Assembly (NCBI GenBank): GCA_964016885.1
Contig: OZ024743.1
Span: 211,420,001 to 211,484,000, forward strand
Direction: 5' to 3'
Length of the DNA stretch: 64,000 nt
From: Eledone cirrhosa
Taxonomy: Eukaryota
Below, in pieces: positions 55,761 through 64,000 of this stretch. Made by a program: the position numbers and the translations under genes. The stretch's first letter is position 1, and each line of letters opens with the position of its first letter. The notes below the pieces were generated by a model. The model was not told where the DNA came from. It saw only the letters and a list, made by a program, of their open reading frames with translations, and did not search any database.

Positions 55761-58700
55761 TGGTTAGAATGTCTAAGGAAAGAATCACTAGAGAGCTGTT
55801 CCAGGTAGTGCCACTAATTCACTGAATTGAGAGATAATAGCTCTGATATTACAGACATGTGGTTAGAATGTCTGAGGAAAGAATCACTAGAGAGCTGTTC
55901 CAGGTAGAGCCACTAATTCACTGAATTGAGAGATCACAGCTCTGATATTACAGACATGTGGTTAGAATGTCTGAGGAAAGAATCACTAGCGAGCTGTTCC
56001 AGATAGAGCCGCTAATTCATTGAATTGAGAGATCACAGCTCTGATACTACAGACATGTGGTTAGAACGTCTGAGGAAAGAATCACTAGAGAGCTGTTCCA
56101 GGTAGAGCCACTAATTCACTGAATTGAGAGATCACAGCTCTGATATTACAGACATGTGGTTAGAATGTCTGAGTAAAGAATCAATGGAGTGCTGTTCCAG
56201 GTAGAGCCACTAATTCACTGAATTGAGAGATCACAGCTCTGATATTACAGACATGTGGTCAGAATGTCTGAGCAAAGAATCACTAGAGAGCTGTTCCAGG
56301 TAGTGCCGCTAATTCACTGAATTGAGAGATCATAGCTCTGATACTACAGACATGTGGTTAGAATGTCTGAGGAAAGAATAACTATAGAGCTGTTCCAGGT
56401 AGAGCCACTAATTCACTGAATTGAGAGATCACAGCTCTGATACTACAGACATGTGGTTAGAATTTCTGAGGAAAGAATAACTAGAGAGCTGTTCCATGTA
56501 GAGCCACTAATTCACCAAATTGAGAGATCATAGCTCTGATACTACAGACATGTGCTTAGAATGTCTGAGGAAAGAATCACTAGAGAGCTGTTCCAGGTAG
56601 AGCTACTAATTCACTGAATTGAGAGATCATAGCTCTGATATTACAGACATGTGGTTAGAATGTCTGAGGAAAGAATCACTAGAGAGCTGTTCCAGGTAGA
56701 GCCACTAATTCACTGAATTGAGAGATCACAGCTCTGATACTACAGACATGTGGTTAGAATTTCTGAGGAAAGAATAACTAGAGAGCTGTTCCATGTAGAG
56801 CCACTAATTCGCCAAATTGAGAGATCATAGCTCTGATACTACAGATATGTGCTTAGAATGTCTGAGGAAAGAATCACTAGAGAGCTGTTCCAGGTAGAGC
56901 TACTAATTCACTGAATTGAGAGATCATAGCTCTGATATTACAGACATGTGGTTAGAATGTCTGAGGAAAGAATCACTGGAGAGCTGTTCCAGGTAGAGCC
57001 ACTAATTCACTGAATTGAGAGATCACAGCTCTGATATTACAGACATGAGGTTAGAATGTCTGAGGAAAGAATCACTGGAGAGCTGTTCCAGGTAGAGCCA
57101 CTAATTCACTGAATTGAGAGATCACAGCTCTGATATTACAGACATGTGGTTAGAATGTCTCAGGAAAGAATCACTGGAGAGCTGTTCCAGGTAGAGCCAC
57201 TAATTCACTGAATTGAGAGATCACAGCTCTGATATTACAGACATGTGGTTAGAATGTCTGAGGAAAGAATCACTAGAGAGCTGTTCCAGGTAGTGCCACT
57301 AATTCACTGAATTGAGAGATAATAGCTCTGATATTACAGACATGTGGTTAGAATGTCTGAGGAAAGAATCACTAGAGAGCTGTTCCAGGTAGAGCCACTA
57401 ATTCACTGAATTGAGAGATCACAGCTCTGATATTACAGACATGTGGTTAGAATGTCTCAGGAAAGAATCACTAGAGAGCTGTTCCAGGTAGAGCCACTAA
57501 TTCACCGAATTGAGAGATCACAGCTCTGATATTACAGACATGTGGTTAGTATGTCTGAGTAAAGAATCACTGGAGAGCTGTTCCAGGTAGAGCCACTAAT
57601 TCACTGAATTGAGAGATCACAGCTCTGATATTACAGGCATGTGGTTAGAATGTCTGAGGAAAGAATCACTAGAGAGCTATTTCAGGTAGAGCCACTAATT
57701 CACTGAATTGAGAGATCACAGCTCTGATATTACAGACATGTGGTTAGAATGTCTGAGGAAAGAATCACTAGCGAGCTGTTCCAGATAGAGCCGCTAATTC
57801 ATTGAATTGAGAGATCACAGCTCTGATACTACAGACATGTGGTTAGAATGTCTAAGGAAAAAATCACTAGAGAGCTGTTCCAGGTAGAGCCACTAATTCA
57901 CTGAATTGAGAGATCACAGCTCTGATACTACAGACATGTGGTTAGAATGTCTGAGGAAAGAATAACTAGAGAGCTGTTCCATGTAGAGCCACTAATTCAC
58001 CAAATTGAGAGATCATAGCTCTGATACTACAGACATGTGCTTAGAATGTCTGAGGAAAGAATCACTAGAGAGCTGTTCCAGGTAGAGCTACTAATTCACT
58101 GAATTGAGAGATCATAGCTCTGATATTACAGACATGTGGTTAGAATGTCTGAGGAAAGATTCACTAGAGAGCTGTTCCAGGTAGAGCCACTAGTTCACTG
58201 AATTGAGAGATCACAGCTCTGATACTACAGACATGTGGTTAGAATGTCTGAGGAAAGAATCACTAGAGAGCTGTTCCAGGTAGAGCCACTAATTCACTGA
58301 ATTGAGAGATAATAGCTCTGATACTACAGACATGTGGTTAGAATGTCTGAGGAAAGAATCACTGGAGAGCTGTTCCAGGTAGAGCCACTAATTCACTGAA
58401 TTGAGAGATCACAGCTCTGATATTACAGACATGTGGTTAGAATGTCTGAGGAAAGAATCACTGGAGAGCTGTTCCAGGTAGAGCCACTAATTCACTGAAT
58501 TGAGAGATCACAGCTCTGATATTACAGACATGTGGTTAGAATGTCTGAGGAAAGAATCACTAGAGAGCTGTTCCAGGTAGTGCCACTAATTCACTGAATT
58601 GAGAGATAATAGCTCTGATATTACAGACATGTGGTTAGAATGTCTGAGGAAAGAATCACTAGAGAGCTGTTCCAGGTAGAGCCACTAATTCACTGAATTG

Positions 58701-61700
58701 AGAGATCACAGCTCTGATATTACAGACATGTGGTTAGAATGTCTGAGGAAAGAATCCCTAGAGAGCTGTTCCAGGTAGAGCCACTAATTCACTGAATTGA
58801 GAGATCATAGCTCTGATATTACAGACATGTGGTTAGAATGTCTGAGGAAAGAATCACTGGAGAGCTGTTCCAGGTAGAGCCACTAATTCACTGAATTGAG
58901 AGTTCACAGCTCTGATATTACAGACATGTGGTTAGAATGTCTGAGGAAAGAATCACTAGAGAGCTGTTCCAGGTAATGCCACTAATTCACTGAATTGAGA
59001 GATAATAGCACTGATATTACAGACATGTGGTTAGAATGTCTGAGGAAAGAATCACTAGAGAGCTGTTCCAGGTAGAGCCACTAATTCACTGAATTGAGAG
59101 ATCACAGCTCTGATATTACAGACATGTGGTTAGAATGTCTGAGGAAAGAATCACTAGAGAGCTGTTCCAGGTAGTGCCACTAATTCACTGAATTGAGAGA
59201 TAATAGCTCTGATATTACAGACATGTGGTTAGAATGTCTGAGGAAAGAATCACTAGAGAGCTGTTCCAGGTAGAGCCACTAATTCACTGAATTGAGAGAT
59301 CACAGCTCTGATATTACAGACATGTGGTTAGAATGTCTCAGGAAAGAATCACTAGAGAGCTGTTTCACGTAGAGCCACTAATTCACTGAATTGAGAGATC
59401 ACAGCTCTGATATTACAGACATGTGGTTAGAATGTCTGAGGAAAGAATCACTAGAGAGCTGTTCCAGGTAGTGCCGCTAATTCACTGAATTGAGAGATCA
59501 TAGCTCTGATACTACAGACATGTGCTTAGAATGTCTGAGGAAAGAATCACTAGAGAGCTGTTCCAGGTAGAGCTACTAATTCACTGAATTGAGAGATCAT
59601 AGCTCTGATATTACAGACATGTGGTTAGAATGTCTGAGGAAAGATTCACTAGAGAGCTGTTCCAGGTAGAGCCACTAGTTCACTGAATTGAGAGATCACA
59701 GCTCTGATACTAGAGACATGTGGTTAGAATGTCTGAGGAAAGAATCACTAGAGAGCTGTTCCAGGTAGAGCCACTGATTCACTGAATTGAGAGATCATCG
59801 CTCTGATACTACAGACATGTGGTTAGAATGTCTGAGGAAAGAATCACTGGAGAGCTGTTCCAGGTAGAGCCACTAATTCACTGAATTGAGAGATCACAGC
59901 TCTGATATTACAGACATGTGGTTAGAATGTCTGAGGAAAGAATCACTAGAGAGCTGTTCCAGGTAGTGCCACTAATTCACTGAATTGAGAGATAATAGCT
60001 CTGATATTACAGACATGTGGTTAGAATGTCTGAGGAAAGAATCACTAGAGAGCTGTTCCAGGTAGAGCCACTAATTCACTGAATTGAGAGATCACAGCTC
60101 TGATATTACAGACATGTGGTTAGAATGTCTCAGGAAAGAATCACTAGAGAGCTGTTCCAGGTAGAGCCACTAATTCACTGAATTGAGAGATCACAGCTCT
60201 GATATTACAGACATGTGGTTAGAATGTCTCAGGAAAGAATCACTAGAGAGCTGTTTCACGTAGAGCCACTAATTCACTGAATTGAGAGATCACAGCTCTG
60301 ATATTACAGACATGTGGTTAGAATGTCTGAGGAAAGAATCACTAGAGAGCTGTTCCAGGTAGTGCCGCTAATTCACTGAATTGAGAGATCATAGCTCTGA
60401 TACTACAGACATGTGGTTAGAATGTCTGAGGAAAGAATCACTAGAGAGCTGTTCCAGGTAGAGCCACTAATTCACTGAATTGAGAGATCACAGCTCTGAT
60501 ACTACAGACATGTGGTTAGAATTTCTGAGGAAAGAATAACTAGAGAGCTGTTCCATGTAGAGCCACTAATTCACCAAATTGAGAGATCATAGCTCTGATA
60601 CTACAGACATGTGCTTAGAATGTCTGAGGAAAGAATCACTAGAGAGCTGTTCCAGGTAGAGCTACTAATTCACTGAATTGAGAGATCATAGCTCTGATAT
60701 TACAGACATGTGGTTAGAATGTCTGAGGAAAGAATCACTAGAGAGCTGTTTCAGGTAGAGCCACTAATTCACTGAATTGAGAGATCACAGCTCTGATACT
60801 ACAGACATGTGGTTAGAATTTCTGAGGAAAGAATAACTAGAGAGCTGTTCCATGTAGAGCCACTAATTCACCAAATTGAGAGATCATAGCTCTGATACTA
60901 CAGACATGTGCTTAGAATGTCTGAGGAAAGAATCACTAGAGAGCTGTTCCAGGTAGAGCTACTAATTCACTGAATTGAGAGATCATAGCTCTGATATTAC
61001 AGACATGTGGTTAGAATGTCTGAGGAAAGAATCACTAGAGAGCTGTTCCAGGTAGAGCCACTAATTCACTGAATTGAGAGATCATCGCTCTGATACTACA
61101 GACATGTGGTTAGAATGTCTGAGGAAAGAATCACTGGAGAGCTGTTCCAGGTAGAGCCACTAATTCACTGAATTGAGAGATCACAGCTCTGATATTACAG
61201 ACATGTGGTTAGAATGTCTGAGGAAAGAATCACTGGAGAGCTGTTCCAGGTAGAGCCACTAATTCACTGAATTGAGAGATCACAGCTCTGATATTACAGA
61301 CATGTGGTTAGAATGTATGAGGAAAGAATCACTGGAGAGCTGTTCCAGGTAGAGCCACTAATTCACTGAATTGAGAGATCACAGCTCTGATATTACAGAC
61401 ATGTGGTTAGAATGTCTAAGGAAAGAATCACTAGAGAGCTGTTCCAGGTAGTGCCACTAATTCACTGAATTGAGAGATAATAGCTCTGATATTACAGACA
61501 TGTGGTTAGAATGTCTGAGGAAAGAATCACTAGAGAGCTGTTCCAGGTAGAGCCACTAATTCACTGAATTGAGAGATCACAGCTCTGATATTACAGACAT
61601 GTGGTTAGAATGTCTGAGGAAAGAATCACTAGCGAGCTGTTCCAGATAGAGCCGCTAATTCATTGAATTGAGAGATCACAGCTCTGATACTACAGACATG

Positions 61701-64000
61701 TGGTTAGAACGTCTGAGGAAAGAATCACTAGAGAGCTGTTCCAGGTAGAGCCACTAATTCACTGAATTGAGAGATCACAGCTCTGATATTACAGACATGT
61801 GGTTAGAATGTCTGAGTAAAGAATCAATGGAGTGCTGTTCCAGGTAGAGCCACTAATTCACTGAATTGAGAGATCACAGCTCTGATATTACAGACATGTG
61901 GTCAGAATGTCTGAGCAAAGAATCACTAGAGAGCTGTTCCAGGTAGTGCCGCTAATTCACTGAATTGAGAGATCATAGCTCTGATACTACAGACATGTGG
62001 TTAGAATGTCTGAGGAAAGAATAACTATAGAGCTGTTCCAGGTAGAGCCACTAATTCACTGAATTGAGAGATCACAGCTCTGATACTACAGACATGTGGT
62101 TAGAATTTCTGAGGAAAGAATAACTAGAGAGCTGTTCCATGTAGAGCCACTAATTCACCAAATTGAGAGATCATAGCTCTGATACTACAGACATGTGCTT
62201 AGAATGTCTGAGGAAAGAATCACTAGAGAGCTGTTCCAGGTAGAGCTACTAATTCACTGAATTGAGAGATCATAGCTCTGATATTACAGACATGTGGTTA
62301 GAATGTCTGAGGAAAGAATCACTAGAGAGCTGTTCCAGGTAGAGCCACTAATTCACTGAATTGAGAGATCACAGCTCTGATACTACAGACATGTGGTTAG
62401 AATTTCTGAGGAAAGAATAACTAGAGAGCTGTTCCATGTAGAGCCACTAATTCGCCAAATTGAGAGATCATAGCTCTGATACTACAGATATGTGCTTAGA
62501 ATGTCTGAGGAAAGAATCACTAGAGAGCTGTTCCAGGTAGAGCTACTAATTCACTGAATTGAGAGATCATAGCTCTGATATTACAGACATGTGGTTAGAA
62601 TGTCTGAGGAAAGAATCACTGGAGAGCTGTTCCAGGTAGAGCCACTAATTCACTGAATTGAGAGATCACAGCTCTGATATTACAGACATGAGGTTAGAAT
62701 GTCTGAGGAAAGAATCACTGGAGAGCTGTTCCAGGTAGAGCCACTAATTCACTGAATTGAGAGATCACAGCTCTGATATTACAGACATGTGGTTAGAATG
62801 TCTCAGGAAAGAATCACTGGAGAGCTGTTCCAGGTAGAGCCACTAATTCACTGAATTGAGAGATCACAGCTCTGATATTACAGACATGTGGTTAGAATGT
62901 CTGAGGAAAGAATCACTAGAGAGCTGTTCCAGGTAGTGCCACTAATTCACTGAATTGAGAGATAATAGCTCTGATATTACAGACATGTGGTTAGAATGTC
63001 TGAGGAAAGAATCACTAGAGAGCTGTTCCAGGTAGAGCCACTAATTCACTGAATTGAGAGATCACAGCTCTGATATTACAGACATGTGGTTAGAATGTCT
63101 CAGGAAAGAATCACTAGAGAGCTGTTCCAGGTAGAGCCACTAATTCACCGAATTGAGAGATCACAGCTCTGATATTACAGACATGTGGTTAGTATGTCTG
63201 AGTAAAGAATCACTGGAGAGCTGTTCCAGGTAGAGCCACTAATTCACTGAATTGAGAGATCACAGCTCTGATATTACAGGCATGTGGTTAGAATGTCTGA
63301 GGAAAGAATCACTAGAGAGCTATTTCAGGTAGAGCCACTAATTCACTGAATTGAGAGATCACAGCTCTGATATTACAGACATGTGGTTAGAATGTCTGAG
63401 GAAAGAATCACTAGCGAGCTGTTCCAGATAGAGCCGCTAATTCATTGAATTGAGAGATCACAGCTCTGATACTACAGACATGTGGTTAGAATGTCTAAGG
63501 AAAAAATCACTAGAGAGCTGTTCCAGGTAGAGCCACTAATTCACTGAATTGAGAGATCACAGCTCTGATACTACAGACATGTGGTTAGAATGTCTGAGGA
63601 AAGAATAACTAGAGAGCTGTTCCATGTAGAGCCACTAATTCACCAAATTGAGAGATCATAGCTCTGATACTACAGACATGTGCTTAGAATGTCTGAGGAA
63701 AGAATCACTAGAGAGCTGTTCCAGGTAGAGCTACTAATTCACTGAATTGAGAGATCATAGCTCTGATATTACAGACATGTGGTTAGAATGTCTGAGGAAA
63801 GATTCACTAGAGAGCTGTTCCAGGTAGAGCCACTAGTTCACTGAATTGAGAGATCACAGCTCTGATACTACAGACATGTGGTTAGAATGTCTGAGGAAAG
63901 AATCACTAGAGAGCTGTTCCAGGTAGAGCCACTAATTCACTGAATTGAGAGATAATAGCTCTGATACTACAGACATGTGGTTAGAATGTCTGAGGAAAGA
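53420..64000. repeat. Block duplication with period 5643 bp (57 monomers): ~53420-58357 and ~59063-64000, running off the window
   Basis: TGTATGAGG at 55673/61316, TTCGCCAA at 56811/62454 and CACCGAATT at 57506/63149, all at an offset of 5643 = 57x99. Confidence 0.92.

Larger units (their letters stand above)
1..64000. repeat. Tandem satellite DNA array, 99-bp monomer, 646 full copies plus 12 bp, single orientation, open at both window ends
   Basis: TCTGAGGAAAGAATC starts at 1, 100, 199 and so on, with the last start at 63989. 63988 = 646x99 + 34, and the 34 extra bases match the 34 one-base insertion alleles I counted (GGTAtGAG, CCACcTAA). No non-repeat sequence was seen. Confidence 0.99.

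Noticed and set aside
1-64000. Giant repetitive protein-coding gene, since the monomer length is divisible by 3
   Set aside because: All six frames contain stops in the consensus monomer. Even reading TGA as Trp or Sec, frequent TAG (TCATAG, ATTTAG) and TAA alleles and +1 insertions break the frame every few monomers.
1-64000. CRISPR array or repeat-spacer system
   Set aside because: There are no unique spacers. The whole 99 bp is repeated with only point variants, and no cas or other ORFs are present.
1-64000. Intact or active retrotransposon, or TE insertions in the array
   Set aside because: Only a 33-codon fragment is present. There is no RT catalytic core, endonuclease domain, tail or target-site duplication, and the monomer phase arithmetic leaves no room for an insertion.

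Overview
The whole 64-kb window is one uninterrupted head-to-tail satellite DNA array, almost certainly eukaryotic (I cannot name the species or family). The monomer is 99 bp, ~41% GC and has no CpG in the consensus: TCTGAGGAAAGAATCACTAGAGAGCTGTTCCAGGTAGAGCCACTAATTCACTGAATTGAGAGATCAYAGCTCTGATAYTACAGACATGTGGTTAGAATG. There are 646 full monomers plus 12 bp. I see no genes, inserted elements or inversions. (1) Origin: the monomer is exactly 33 codons and reads VEPLIH*IERSQL*YYRHVVRMSEERITRELFQ. This aligns without gaps to the post-RT C-terminal motif of RTE-clade non-LTR retrotransposons as I recall it (Expander/Rex3-like, VEPLLLHIERSQLRWLGHLFRMPPGRLPGEVFQ). Both stops look like decayed CGA (Arg) codons, and CGA, TGA, CAA and TAA alleles all occur in the array, so the satellite appears to derive from a methylated LINE ORF fragment. 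(2) Organisation: 1-34.9 kb is a highly homogeneous higher-order repeat (HOR) domain with a canonical 36-mer of 3567 bp, built as 14+14+8, plus 29-, 48-, 31- and 51-mer variants. From 34.9 kb to the end the array is more divergent, with local block duplications at periods of 26, 31/19, 34 and 57 monomers. All coordinates were counted by hand and no database search was run.
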